In this document: one piece after another, positions 13,247 to 25,406 of the stretch
How positions within the stretch are numbered: position 1 is the stretch's first letter
How the letters are laid out: every line of letters starts with the position of its first letter
NCBI GenBank assembly: GCA_963695345.1
Contig: OY968769.1
Span: 1,184,001 to 1,248,000, forward strand
Origin: an uncultured Methanomassiliicoccales archaeon
Lineage (GTDB): Archaea > Thermoplasmatota > Thermoplasmata > Methanomassiliicoccales > UBA472
Direction of reading: 5' to 3'
Length of the DNA stretch: 64,000 bases
Made by a program: the position numbers and the translations under genes
The notes under the pieces: generated by a model
Database searches by the model: none
What the model saw: the letters and a program-made list of their open reading frames with translations, nothing else
What the model was told of the DNA's origin: nothing

Positions 13247-13629
13247 ATGAGGGGCGTCTTGATCTCCGGACAGACGCATTCCGGGGCCTTGAGACCAGTG
13301 TGGATCTCATAGACCTTCACCAGCATCCCGCTCTTCTTGACCATGTCGCAGATGCGGCATGTCTCCGTGACGATGTCCGACCCGTTCATGATGCGGACCG
13401 CCGCCACCTCGACCTCGCCCCTGAACTCCTCATACTTGCCGGAAGCCTCGATCTCCTTGCTGGTACCCCGCTTTGCCTTAAGGTATTGGGAAATCGCCGC
13501 GTCCGTCACGCCGAACCGCCTGGCCACTTCCGCCTGGCTGAGATGGTGCTTCTCGACCAGTTCTCTTGCGAGTTCTCTTCGGATCGAGGGAAGAACGTAC
13601 CAGACGATGAGCTCGCAGGGAATTTTCAT
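13243..13629 (-). CDS. HTH transcriptional regulator
   Basis: PCE...YVLPSIR..LA..L....LSQAEVARRFGVTDAAISQYL..KRG, Cys-rich C-terminus. Confidence 0.85.
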   Translation of the reverse strand: MKIPCELIVWYVLPSIRRELARELVEKHHLSQAEVARRFGVTDAAISQYLKAKRGTSKEIEASGKYEEFRGEVEVAAVRIMNGSDIVTETCRICDMVKKSGMLVKVYEIHTGLKAPECVCPEIKTPLI

Positions 13630-13788
13630 GATTATCTTGGGAATATCGCAATACGATGGTTTAAACTATTGCTAAATTTCGCGGTGAGCATTACCCAGTT
13701 GTGGCTTGCCATGCCTCTCGGTCCGGTCGGGCGTCCTTTTCTGATGGCCCTGAACAGGCATGGGGATGGGCGCCCCCTTTAACGTTCC

Positions 13789-16700
13789 TCAATCCTCTTC
13801 GCCCAGATGTGTCTTCTCGAAGAACTCCTGTATCTCCCATTCGGCCAGGCGGTCCCCCTCATCGTCCCGAAGCGTGAGGCCGAGCGTACGGATGTGGTCG
13901 TTCAATGTCCGTCTCGTATCCCGATCGCCGATGAACTGGGTGACAACGATGTCCTTACCCCTGGTGCGCGCCTTGTACGCCGCCCTCATCTCCACCCCTT
14001 CGAAGATGACATTGCAGGTGCAGCCGAACTGGGCCCTGATCCAGGGATACTGGAGGTAAACGGCCAGGTTGTCATCGGAAGTGAGCACGAAGCGGCCTGG
14101 GATCTCGAGGTCCTTGATGGTGTCGACATCCTCGGCCAGCATCCAGTACATGGTGTCGTCTCCCTGCAGCAGGAACCCCTTGACCAGGAATCCGTCCTTT
14201 TCTAGCTCTGCCAGCATCGACCGTAGCTCGCGCATCGGCATGATGAAACCGAGGAAACGGGACAGGTTCTCGGCGCTGAACAGGCCGTAGTTGCGGAAGG
14301 TCATCCGCATGAGCTCCTTCCTTGCCTCGTGCGGCTGCATCTCATTGTCCGGGACCGGCCGGAGCAGGCCATGGGCATCGGCGTAGACGATCGTCGACCG
14401 GAGCAGCGCCCGGAGCGCGTCGTAGCTCCGGCGATGCCCCACCGGCGATAGGTCGAACAGCTTGTGCTTGCTGATGGGCGCCTCCTCCTCGATTATGCGC
14501 AGCAGGTTCGCCATGTCCGCCGTGGGCGTTTCGTTGCGTACCTTGCGATAGAGGGAGGCGTGCTCCAGCGAGGTGAAGGTGGAATACTCCGGTATCGCCC
14601 ATACCTTGATCAGGTTGCCCTGTTCGGCCAGCTTCTTCAGGGGTACCCTCACTTCCGAACGCAGGTAGGCGGCGGCGTCCGAACGCAGACCGCCCATGGA
14701 GCGGACCGCCTCGATCTCGTCCGGGTACCTCCTTCCACTCCCGATGTGCTGTTTGCTGAATAGATATGAGAACAGGTCCGTCCCGCTCACCTGCAGGGGG
14801 ACCATTTTCCCTTTGGCGTACATCCCATCGAACCTGACGTATCCTTTCGACCGGAGGACCAGGTCCGTCTCCTCGTCCAGGTCGTTGACCGGGGTCCCGA
14901 GCACCTCCCTGATGCGGACCACGTCGTATCCCACGAGCCCATAGTACTTCATCATGCCATCGATGGCGTCCAGGGCATCCGGGAGCAGCCTTGGGTCATC
15001 CAGGTCGAACGAGCGGACCTCGGTGCAGCCGCTCATCTCCCATTTCTCGATGGCCCCCACCAGCCGACCGTCCGCCAGGATCGGGAAGATCCACCCCTCG
15101 CCGTAGCGGGACGCTATCTCGGCCCACATCGGCTGGACGTCCGGATCGTAGAGCGAGACCACCCTTACCCCTTCCTCCGAATGCCTGAAATGGTCCAGCG
15201 CAGGCAATTCGTCCTCCAGCATGACCATCTCGGTGCGTGTCTCGCCCACTGAGATGGTGGCCACGTCCAGTTTCCTCAGCTTGTCCCGGACCTCGGCGGG
15301 CATCATGTTCAGCCCGGTGCCGATGGAATAGGGCTGTACCGGCCCATAGGCCCGCAGGTAACGCTCCACCAACTTGGCCGGGGCGTCGCCCCGGTATTCA
15401 TCCGGGTGGTAGGGGATGTAGATGTTCTCCCGGGCCCAGTCCTCCCCCTCCTCGTACTTTCGCACCAGGTAGAGGTTCCGGTCCAGCCGGTCGACCGCTT
15501 CCTTGAGGACCTCCTTGTCCATGCCAAGGCTGGAGGCCAGTTGCCTCAGGCTCATGCCATCGGCCAGATCCAGCTCGCGCAGTATCGTGTTGTCCAGGCC
15601 GCTCAGCTCCGAGTTGCGGAACATGGAGGCGTACATCGGTCCCTCGTCCGCCAGGACATAGCGGACCCTTCCCCGCATGAAGCGGCCGAGCAGCAGCTCA
15701 CCGTTCCGGCGCATTTCCTGCCAGTCACCGATATCGAACCCTTCCACGCGATTGAAGACGTCCAATGGCATGCCGGCCTCGCCGATGATGCGCATGCATT
15801 CCACTATGGAGCGGAACGGACCATGGGTCTTCTGGCGCCGGTACGATTCGACGGTGCGGTTGTCATATGACGACAGATTGCTGCTCCGGAGGCGCAGATG
15901 GTCCCGTTTCAGCATGTACTGCGTTCCTTCGGAAATGACGAACTTTCCTTCGTCGATGATGCCCTCCTCCACCAGGTCCATGATCGCCCGCTTGGTCTCC
16001 ATCTCGTTCAGGTTGAAGGCGTAGGCCATCTCCTCGACCGTGGCCGGGGCCCATAGCTCCAGGTAGGTGGTGAGCACGTGGTCCAGCGCCTCCTGCCGGG
16101 ACAGGGGCGGGACCGTCCTCGCCAGGTAGGTCCATTTGCCATCGGTGTATCGCGGACGTTCGATCCGGAACGAGGATTCCAGGTTCCTCAGGGCACGTTG
16201 CAGCTTGGTCGGTTCCGCCTGGGCGAATGTCTCGATCTGCCTGTGGGTCCGTTCTTCCTCCAGGAATGCCAGGATCCGCTGCTCCAGCTCTCCGAACGGA
16301 CGCTCCCGGCGCAGCACCTCGGCGTAGTAAGGCAACTGCTCCGCCGCCACGAACATGGTGTCCTCGTTGAACACGGAGACGATCTTCCTTTCGGCCAGCA
16401 GCTCCTCCGCCCAGCGGTCTATCTGTTCCCGGGCGGGGGAGCTGAAGGGATAAACGCTCCTCCCCTTCTCCTTGAAGATGTGCATCGGCCCAGCGCGACG
16501 CAGCAGTTCAAGGATGCCTCGCCTTGTCCTCGACCGCCCCCACCTTCCGGCGGAAATATGTGGCCACCTGCTCCTCCTCGAACTCGAACTCCTTGGCCTC
16601 GGCCCCCATGACCTTAGACAGCACCTTGCGGTGCAATTGCTTCAGCAAGGAGCTCCGGTCCTCCATCAGGACGATGTCCGAGGTACCGGCCAGGACCACG

Positions 16701-19175
16701 TTGGCCGCGAACGGGGACGGTGTGCCGGAGTAGGGGATGAACGACAGCTGGTCATCTCCCCGCGTTCCAGCTGCTCCAGGATGCCCTTGGCGTTCTGGAT
16801 GTCCATCACGTCCTCCAGTATCTCCCGGAAGGTCTCCTCGATGACCGGAACCCCCTCGGCGGAGATGAGGTAGTCCAGAAGATACTGCGAACGCACCTGC
16901 TGGCGGTTCACCGACACCTCGCGTCCCTTGTAGTTGCGCAGTATCATGAACGAACGGGCGGCGGTGTGCCGGAAACGCTGCTTGAACAGTTCCGAGTCCT
17001 TGACCGCCCGGCGCAGCACGTTGTCCAGGTTCAGGCTGGAGACCATGTCCTTGACCGATTCCAGGTCGATGCCCTCTCTGCGTCGTGACCATGAAGGCGT
17101 CGTCGACGATGGAGACGGACACGTTGCCTCCCAGACGTTGGGTCAGCTCGAAGGCGTAGGCCCGGGAAAGGGCGTCGTTGACCCTCCTGCCGAACGGAAA
17201 ATGGAAGATGAGCGAGGAGTTGTCGGCCATGTCCCGGTAGCCTTCGATCGCCAGGACCTTGTCGTCCGGAATCTGGGCGATCTTCTTCTGTTCCCGGAAA
17301 TATGACAGGATCGATCGGGCCGATCCGGTATCGATGTCGAAATCTTCCACCAGCCATTCGATGGTCTTGCCTTCCGGATCATCCAGTCGACCGGCCATCT
17401 CCCGGCGGAAGCGGGCGATCTCCATGGACAGGTCGAACGAACGCGGAAGCATCTCCCCGGTCCAGGACGGAACGGTGGGCTTCCGGCCGGAGGCGGATTT
17501 GACGAAGGCCTTCATGCCCTTGGCCCGTACGAACTCGTACGAGCGTCCGCCCAGAACGAACACGTCCCTGGTCGCCAGCCGTTCCACGAACTTCTCCGAC
17601 AGGTCGCCTATGAGTGAGCCCTTTTCGGTGAAGACCTTGTAGTGGGCCTCCTCGGGGATGGTGCCCAGGTTCATGAAATAGATCATCCGGGCGCCTTTCT
17701 TCTTGCCGAAGCGCATCTCCGCCTCATCGTACCAGATCTTGGAGTACACCCCTTCGAAGGCGTCCCTCGATCCAAGATAGCGCAGCACCTCCATGTACTG
17801 CTGCCGGGGCAGGTTGCGGTAGCAATGCGAGCGCTTGATCGCCTCGTACGCCTCCTCCACCTCCCAGCGCTTCTCCAGCGACATTCCGACGATGCTTTGC
17901 GCCAGGACATCCAGGCAGTTCTCCGGGATGGTCACCCGGTCGATGTTCCGGTCATGCGCCGCACGGCACAGCACCGCACATTCCACCAGGTCGTCCAGGT
18001 CGAAGACCAGCATGCGGCCTTTTGGCGTCTTGCCGTGGGAATGGCCGGAACGCCCGATCCTCTGCAGGCCCTTGGCGACGCTCTTCGGCGAGCCTATCTG
18101 GCACACCAGGTCCACCGAGCCTATGTCGATGCCCAGCTCGAGTGAGGTCGAGGATACGACGCAGCGGAGCTCGCCGTTCTTCAGCCGGTCCTCGACGTCC
18201 AGCCGGCTCTCCTTGCTGAGCGATCCGTGGTGCGCCTCGATGCTTTCCACCCCCCGCTCCTTGAGCTTGAAGACCACCGATTCCGTGCCGCTCCTGGTGT
18301 TGGTGAAGATGAGGGTGGTCTCGTGCTCCTCGATCATGTCCCGGAGCATATCGTACATCTTGGCGTTCACGATCTCGTACGGCAGCGTCGTGATGTCCTC
18401 GGTGGGGCAGATGACCTGGAGGTCCAGGTTCCTCTTGGTCTTGATCTCGATCAGATGACAGTTCCGCATCTGACCGTTCTCGTAGCCGACCAGATAGGAG
18501 GCGATGTGCTCGATCGGCGCCAGTGTGGCGGACAGGCCGATCCGGGTGATGGGGTTCGGGCACAGTGATTGCAGCCTCTCGGTCGTCAGCGAAAGGTGCA
18601 CGCCGCGCTTGGAATCGCAGACCTCGTGTATCTCGTCGATTATCAGATACTCGACGCCAGCGAACTTCTCCCGGAACTTCGGGGCGGCCAGCACCATGGC
18701 CAGAGACTCCGGTGTGGTGATGAAGATGTGGGGCGGCTTGCGCAACTGCTTCTGACGTTCCGCCTGCGAAGTGTCCCCGGAACGAACACCCACCCGTATC
18801 TTGGGAGCCTCCATGCCTTTCTGCACCGCCAGGTCGTTGATCTGCTGCAGCGGTTCCTCGAGGTTCTTGTTGATGTCGTTGGCCAGCGCCTTCAACGGCG
18901 AGATATAGACCGCGTAGATCTTGTCCTCCAGCTTGCCATCCTTGGCATACTTGAAGAGCTCGTTGATGATCGAAGTGAACGCCGTCAGCGTCTTGCCCGA
19001 GCCGGTGGGCGATGAGACTAGGACGTTCTTCCGCTCATGGATCAGCGGGATCGCGTATGATTGCGGTTCGGTAAGATCATCGAACCGGGAATCGAACCAT
19101 TCGGCCACCAGCGGGTCCATCAAATTCAGGAAATCCCGTTTGGACAGCCTCTTGGTTAACTCTTACCAATGACAT
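13789..19175 (-). CDS. lhr: Large Lhr-family SF2 helicase with extended winged-helix/AlkZ-like C-terminal half (~1800 aa), split by several indels
   Basis: SPTGSGKT, YISPLKAL, TTPESL, DEIH, GLSAT, HHGSLS, SLELGID, QRIGRSGH; ORFs 16508..19123, 16666..17046 and 13789..16485 abut with frame changes. Confidence 0.85.
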
Positions 19176-19388
19176 CTTTTGGCCCTCAAATCGGCTTCAA
19201 TCCGGCATCAATGTATTACTACCTTTTGTCCGGTACATCGAAAATGACTTATGATGTTCTTGATTGGGCGTCGCCAGGATAGATCGTCTTGATTCGTTGG
19301 GGAACCGTGCATAGAGCTTCGACCTAGCAAAGGACTGGCATTTCGCATTGGGTTATTTTGAAATAAGGTGGGCTCAGACAGCACTGTC

Positions 19389-19769
19389 ATGAAGCAATCG
19401 GTGATCATCGGTATCGTGGTCGTCGTGGCAATTGTCATCGTCGCCGGCGTCCTTCTTGGAATGCAGAACAGCGGGAACAACGACAACGCCCCTTCGGGGG
19501 ACAATCCGGTGCGCATCGCTGATTTCGCATACTCGCCGGCAGTGATCGTGGTGCATATCAACGACACCGTTACCTGGAGGAACAACGATGGGGTCGTGCA
19601 CACCGTGACCAGCGATTCGAACTCCACCATTGCGTTCGACAGTGGCAACATGGGCCCCGGTTCCACCTACGCGTTCACTTTCACCCAGGCGGGTGACTTC
19701 TGGTACCTCTGCACCCCCCATCCCAGCATGGCCCACGCCATGGTCAGGGTGCTTCCCGCGGCGGGGTAG
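19389..19769 (+). CDS. Membrane-anchored cupredoxin (plastocyanin/azurin family)
   Basis: N-terminal TM helix; W.N.D...HTVT and YLCTPHPSM supply His, Cys, His, Met type-1 copper ligands. Confidence 0.85.
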   Translation: MKQSVIIGIVVVVAIVIVAGVLLGMQNSGNNDNAPSGDNPVRIADFAYSPAVIVVHINDTVTWRNNDGVVHTVTSDSNSTIAFDSGNMGPGSTYAFTFTQAGDFWYLCTPHPSMAHAMVRVLPAAG

Positions 19770-19846
19770 GTCCGGCTAGGCAGTTCTGCGGAAATGCGGA
19801 GCCCTCACCAAAACGTTTTACGTAGAATTGCCCATGTGCAGGCAAG

Positions 19847-20860
19847 ATGAGAAGAATAGCGACGCTGTTGATCATGGTCGCGCTGCTAGTGTGCGCCATA
19901 CCGGTCCTGACCTCCCCGGCATCATCGGCCACGGTTGGACAGGGTTTTTACGGTTCCGTCCTCAATGACAGCGGCGCTCCCATGTCCGGGGTCATAATAA
20001 CAGCCCGGAACACAACCACCGACGCGTCATTGACCACAATAACGAATTCCGTCGGGGACTATGCGCTCACCATCCCGTTGGGCACCTACAACGTGTCGGC
20101 AGCGATCACCAATTACATTGCTAACACCACCTATGTCGATAAGGTCATTTCATCGGGAGGGGCGGTCGAGCTCAACTTCACCATGTCCGAGATCCTCGGC
20201 GCCCTTAACGGCTTCGTGACCGACGGTGTGGCGCCAGTGAACGGCGTGACCGTCGTCCTGGCCAACGAACAGAGGAACTACACCGCCACCACGGTGGCGC
20301 CGTTGGGCGAGTATCGGATAGCCAAGATCCGGCCCGGAGTATACGTGGCCACGTTCACGAAGTTGGGGTACGACCGCACCAACACACTCCCCCTGGAGAT
20401 CACCCGGGGGGTCACGACGCTGAAGAACGCCTCGATGCAGGCCCAGCCCTGCACACTGTTCGGCCATGTGACGGAGAATGGCAATCCTCAGGACGGAGTG
20501 ACCATCACCGCCCGGGGACAGGACACGGTAAAGACCGGCACCACCGACGCCAACGGCAATTACAGCATCCAGCTGACATCAGATACCTATACGGTGACAT
20601 TCACCAAGAGTGACTATGACGCGAAGGATGTGGCCGTATCCCTGGCGCCTTTCGAGGACCGGCAATTGGATGTCTCCATCGTCAAGTCCAAGAGCGACAA
20701 CACGACGACCTACCTGTTCGGATTCGATCTTCCTCATTCCCTGATGGTCATCGGCCTGATCCTGGCCCTGGTGACCATCTGCGCCGCCCTGTTCATCAAC
20801 TTCAAGGTGCGCAAGGACCCGGAACTGCTGGGCCAAGACCCGCAGGATGAGAAAAAGTAG
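19847..20860 (+). CDS. Cell-surface protein with three carboxypeptidase-regulatory-like beta domains
   Basis: Signal peptide, repeated G.V.D....P..GV.....T...G.Y......G.Y.....K..Y units, C-terminal TM. Confidence 0.8.
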   Translation: MRRIATLLIMVALLVCAIPVLTSPASSATVGQGFYGSVLNDSGAPMSGVIITARNTTTDASLTTITNSVGDYALTIPLGTYNVSAAITNYIANTTYVDKVISSGGAVELNFTMSEILGALNGFVTDGVAPVNGVTVVLANEQRNYTATTVAPLGEYRIAKIRPGVYVATFTKLGYDRTNTLPLEITRGVTTLKNASMQAQPCTLFGHVTENGNPQDGVTITARGQDTVKTGTTDANGNYSIQLTSDTYTVTFTKSDYDAKDVAVSLAPFEDRQLDVSIVKSKSDNTTTYLFGFDLPHSLMVIGLILALVTICAALFINFKVRKDPELLGQDPQDEKK

Positions 20861-20863
20861 CGG

Positions 20864-21457
20864 TCAGAGCCCCATATCCTTCCGGATCTGTTCGAGATTG
20901 GCCCTTACCTTCTCATCGACCTTTTCATACAGGCTTCGCCCCTGGGCATCGATGGCGACGATCAGGGGACCGAACCCTCTTGCCTCCAGATGCCACACTG
21001 CTTCCGGCATGCCCAGGTCCAACCAGTGGACCGATTCCACCCTGGCTATTCCTTCTGAGGCGATGACGGCCGCCCCGCCGGTGAATGCCAGATAGACGCA
21101 TCCATGCTCTTTCATCGCCTCGACGGTGGGCTTTGACATCCCGCCCTTGCCGATGATCGCCCTGATGCCGAACGCCCTGATGAACTCGGGCTCTATCATG
21201 TTCATGCGTGAACTGGTGGTCGGACCGGCCGCCACCAGTTTCCAGCCTTCACCATCACGGACCATGATCGGTCCGCAATGATAGACCGCCATGCCCCGAA
21301 GGTCGAACGGGAGGGGTTCTCCCCTCTCGTGCATCTCCAGCGCTTTGAGATGAGCCTCATCCCTGGCGGTGAACACGGGACCGGAAAGCAGTACTTCGTC
21401 CCCCGCATTGAGCGACCGGACCTCTTCCTCCGACAACGGAGTTGATAGCATCCTCAT
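20864..21457 (-). CDS. Fe-S fumarate/tartrate hydratase beta subunit
   Basis: FTARDEAH, YHCGP, AGPTTSSRM, IGKGG, LGMPEA. Confidence 0.92.
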   Translation of the reverse strand: MRMLSTPLSEEEVRSLNAGDEVLLSGPVFTARDEAHLKALEMHERGEPLPFDLRGMAVYHCGPIMVRDGEGWKLVAAGPTTSSRMNMIEPEFIRAFGIRAIIGKGGMSKPTVEAMKEHGCVYLAFTGGAAVIASEGIARVESVHWLDLGMPEAVWHLEARGFGPLIVAIDAQGRSLYEKVDEKVRANLEQIRKDMGL

Positions 21458-22338
21458 AGGAACCCCTCCGTCGAGAAAACGGCTCGACCGTCCGGAAATA
21501 TCCTGACCGACGCCCTCCTGGCCGCCCAGCATTGCATGCTGATGGCTACTGGCAGCGATGCCGTGTGACATGAGGCGGATTCTATGCAGACGCCCAGGAC
21601 CGTGCTCCTGCCGCCGAGCCCCATCGGCCCTATGCCGGTCCGGTTCAGCGCCTCCATCATTTCCTCTTCGATATGGCACAACGAAGCGTCCTCGTTCCGC
21701 CGGTGCACCGGGCGGAGCAGCGCCTTCTTTGCCAGGTGGCAGGCCAGATCGGCCGTTCCCCCGATGCCCACCCCGACAATGATCGGCGGGCACGGCTTCC
21801 CCCCGGCGGCCACCACGGTATCCAGGATGAACTCCTTGATGCCTTTGACCCCCTGGGATGGGGTCAGCATGCGCAGGGCGGACATGTTCTCGGATCCCGC
21901 CCCCTTCATCATCAGCGTGATGTCCGTATGCTCTTGTTCGGTAGGCTCGAAATGGATCAGAGGCATCATGTCCCCGAGGTTGTTGCCGCCGTTCCTTCTG
22001 GTGATGGGATCCACAACGTTCGGCCGCAGCGGTATCGTCCTGGTGGCCTTCTCCACGCCCCTTCTTATGGCCGGGATGATCCCGCTATCGCAATGACCGG
22101 ATATGTAGAACAGGGGAAGGCCAGTATCTTGGCACATGGGCAGGATGCGCATCTCGCCCAGCTCGACGTTCTTGAGTATGGTGTCCAATTGCACCTTGGC
22201 GACCGGTTCGGTCTCCGACCCCCGGGCCCGCTCCAGCGCACCCAGTACATCGGCCGGAAGGGTGGTGGCGGCCGTCCTCAGAAGTCGGACGGTGACCTCC
22301 TCGATGAGTTCGTCATTGTGGTGCATCGGGTCCGACAT
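21454..22338 (-). CDS. Fe-S fumarate/tartrate hydratase alpha subunit
   Basis: PMCQDTG, KGAGSEN, PCPP..VGVGIGG, GIGPMGLGG, CHTASLPV...QCWAAR. Confidence 0.92.
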   Translation of the reverse strand: MSDPMHHNDELIEEVTVRLLRTAATTLPADVLGALERARGSETEPVAKVQLDTILKNVELGEMRILPMCQDTGLPLFYISGHCDSGIIPAIRRGVEKATRTIPLRPNVVDPITRRNGGNNLGDMMPLIHFEPTEQEHTDITLMMKGAGSENMSALRMLTPSQGVKGIKEFILDTVVAAGGKPCPPIIVGVGIGGTADLACHLAKKALLRPVHRRNEDASLCHIEEEMMEALNRTGIGPMGLGGRSTVLGVCIESASCHTASLPVAISMQCWAARRASVRIFPDGRAVFSTEGFL

Positions 22339-22453
22339 CGTTGCCAGAAGTCATAACATTTGCCGTGCCCGACAAGGATATTATTATATTTTCCATCATA
22401 TTCACAAAGTTCATATAGCTACGGGTTCTGCTGAGATTCCAGGGATTGATCAA

Positions 22454-23393
22454 ATGGAGTTTCCTATTGAGTTAGAGAACCTGGTCAAGGATTATCGGGG
22501 AGGATTCAGGGCGGTGGATTCGCTCACCCTGAAGGTCCCCCATAAGTCCTTCCTTGGTTTCCTCGGACCGAACGGGGCGGGAAAGACCACCACCATCAAG
22601 GTCCTGACCAACATGCTGGTCGCGACGTCTGGAAGGGCATCACTGAACGGAATAGACGTCACCGAGAACCCGAAGATGGCACTCGCGGACGTCGGAGCCG
22701 TGGTCGAGACACCGGAGTTCTACCCGTACCTCACACCGGTCGAGACGCTGGAGTACCTGGGGCAGCTCCGTGGCATGTCCATGACGGACATCCGCAGGCG
22801 ATCGAAGGATGTGCTCGAGGTCGTCAAGATGACCGAGTGGCAGGACAAGCGCATCGGCAAGTTCTCCAAAGGGCATGAAACAGCGGCTGGCCATCGCCCA
22901 GGCGCTGTTGCACGAACCGAGCGTCATCGTCCTGGACGAGCCGACGTCCGGTCTGGACCCGCGCGGGATGTTCGAGATGCGCGAGGTGCTGCGCGAGCTG
23001 AAGAAAGGAGATTACACCGTATTCATGTCATCGCACCTGATGAATGAGGTGCAGGAGGTCTGCTCCGACGTCGCCCTGATAAACCGGGGCAAGCTGCTGA
23101 AATCCGGCAGTGTGGAATCGCTCCTTAGCGAGTTCCGGGGCAAGAAGATCGAGGTCCGGACCATAAAGAAGGTGGAACCGGCCGACTTCGTGAACGTGAG
23201 CAAGATATCCGGCGTGCAGGGGATAAATACCATGGGGGACAACGCTTTCTCGATGGATTTCAACGGCGGGGACGAGGAGCAATCGCGACTTCTCCTGGAT
23301 CTGCAATCGATCGGACTGAAGATAGTGACCTTCAAAGAGAGCGGAATGGCGCTGGAGGCGCTGTACATGTCTCTCATCAAGGACTCGAGGTGA
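22454..23393 (+). CDS. ABC transporter ATP-binding protein; indel near 22870
   Basis: GPNGAGKTT, FSKG/MKQRL signature across the indel, LDEPTSGLDP, SSH. Confidence 0.9.
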
Positions 23394-23397
23394 TCCC

Positions 23398-24243
23398 ATG
23401 GCAGATCTTTACAATATCAACAAGGACCTGACGGTCGAGGTACCGTCAGATGTCGAACAGGTCTTCCTCGTGGCTAAGTACGACATACTGAAGCATATCC
23501 GCTCCAAGCGCCTTCTGGCGATCGGCATAATCATCGGGCTGGTGCTCGTGCTCGTCACCTTCCTGGGAACCCTGAACAACCCTGACCCGCACAACGCCGC
23601 CAGATTCGTCGGCAACTACGCGGGGTTCGCGAACACCATGATCATCATCGGTGTGACGCTCTTCGCCGGGGACGCGATCGTCTCGGAGTTCCAGAACCGG
23701 ACGGGCTATCTCCTGTTTCCGAACCCGGTGAAGAAATCCAGCCTCTACGCGGGGAAGTTCCTGGCATCGGTAGGCGTCATGACCTTCGTGATCGTGGCCT
23801 ACTACGTGGTGGCGATGGTCATAGGCCTGGCATATACCGGTAACTTCACCGAGCTGGCCATCTACTCGATGTTGCTGGCGATCCTGTATGGTGCGGCAGC
23901 GACGGGACTGGCCTTCCTGATCTCGTCGGTCCTGAAGACGTCCACGGCGGCACTGGTGCTGACCTTCTTCATGCTGTTCATGATCCTGTCGTTGGTAACG
24001 GCGGTCGGTTCCATTGCTGGATTCAAGCCAGACGGTGAATTGACCTTCGCCGGCGGGACCATCTCGTACATCATGCAGACCCCTTATCCGGTGGATTCGG
24101 TGATTGATGTGCCGGGAGCGGGTTTCGTGATCCATACCTACATCCCGGATGTCGGTCTGTCCATCGCCGTCATGATCGTCTGGCTGATCGTTACCGCCGC
24201 CATAGGCTATGTGGCGTTCAGCCGCCGGGAAATGGTCAGCTGA
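23398..24243 (+). CDS. ABC-2 type transporter permease
   Basis: About six TM helices; DAIVSEFQNRTG...PVKK...GKF; adjacent to the ATPase. Confidence 0.85.
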   Translation: MADLYNINKDLTVEVPSDVEQVFLVAKYDILKHIRSKRLLAIGIIIGLVLVLVTFLGTLNNPDPHNAARFVGNYAGFANTMIIIGVTLFAGDAIVSEFQNRTGYLLFPNPVKKSSLYAGKFLASVGVMTFVIVAYYVVAMVIGLAYTGNFTELAIYSMLLAILYGAAATGLAFLISSVLKTSTAALVLTFFMLFMILSLVTAVGSIAGFKPDGELTFAGGTISYIMQTPYPVDSVIDVPGAGFVIHTYIPDVGLSIAVMIVWLIVTAAIGYVAFSRREMVS

Positions 24244-24364
24244 TTCGGCCTATCCGAAACCTCTTTCCGTCAATTTTTCTGATTCTTTGTATCGTTGACA
24301 AACAGCTCGAGAACCGGATATGAAAGACAGAAAGAAAGGTCGGACGCAAGCGTCCGGCTTCGGG

Positions 24365-25405
24365 TCACTTCGGCAGAAGGTACAGCTCTTCCTCGTACTG
24401 GAAGACCTTGACCGTCTCGCCTTTGGTCTTGTACCGCTGCGGCTTGCGCAGTTCGACCGGCTTGAATGTGACCGGATGCATTATCTGCAGCTCGCGGTCG
24501 GTTTCCGTGAGCACCACCACGTCCAGCATCTCCTCCCGCTTGCCGATGACCCGCGCGTCGGTCATGTCCCCGTTGCTCATGGTGAACGATTCGGAGGACT
24601 TGAGCTCGGTGATCTTCGTGTTCGTGGAGTGTATCGCACCGACCAGGTACATCTTCTTGCCGAACATGACCACGTCCCCGTAGCGGTACGCCGGTAACCG
24701 AATCAGATAGGTCATGCGGTAAACGTCGTGCCCGTCCTTCTGGGTCAGCAGTTTGGCCGTCTCCTTGACCTCCGCCCCGTACATTTCCGCAAGGTCGTGC
24801 GTGAGCGTCTTCCCTAGCGCCTGGCTGGAGAGGTTGATGTCCGACCCGCCGTTGGCCCCGGGGACCAGGGTGATCTTGCTGATGAACATCTCCCGGTTCT
24901 CGGTGCCGATCTCCTTGACCATCTTGGAGACGCGGTTGACGATCTCCTCCAGCTCGTTCTTGTCGAACTTACGGTCCCGGGTGCGTATCTGCAGGGTCGC
25001 CTCGTAGTAGTTGCCCTGTGATCTTGGAGCACTTGCCGCAGACGTTCGTCTTCACCCGCACTATGGTGTCCAGCTCCTCACGGGTGGTGAACCCGCGGTA
25101 GGTGACGGTGAGGTCCAGGTGAACTCGATAGTTGGCCTTGTCCCGGGCGATCACCGACGTCTTGATGTTGTCGATGTCCGCGCTCTTTCATCAGGCAGAT
25201 TGCCGGATATCGCCGCCTCCTGGGCCGCGATCTCGACCTTGTAACCGTGCCATTTATTGTTCACCTGGAAATCGGAGCAGTGAACGCACTGGAACAGGTT
25301 GACGTGGTCGGCGAGCGTGGTGAAGCGCTTGTTCTTCATGAAGCACTCCGAGCACACCGACTCGAAGACCTCGCCCTCTTTCCCGCATTTAACGCAGAAC
25401 GACAT
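24365..25405 (-). CDS. Archaeal NMD3-family ribosome biogenesis protein; indels near 25190 and 25015
   Basis: FCVKCG..C..C, C..C, C.KCSK..G.YYEATLQIR, ETAKL..QKDG..YR.TYLIR pieces across three ORFs. Confidence 0.85.
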
Positions 25406-25406
25406 C

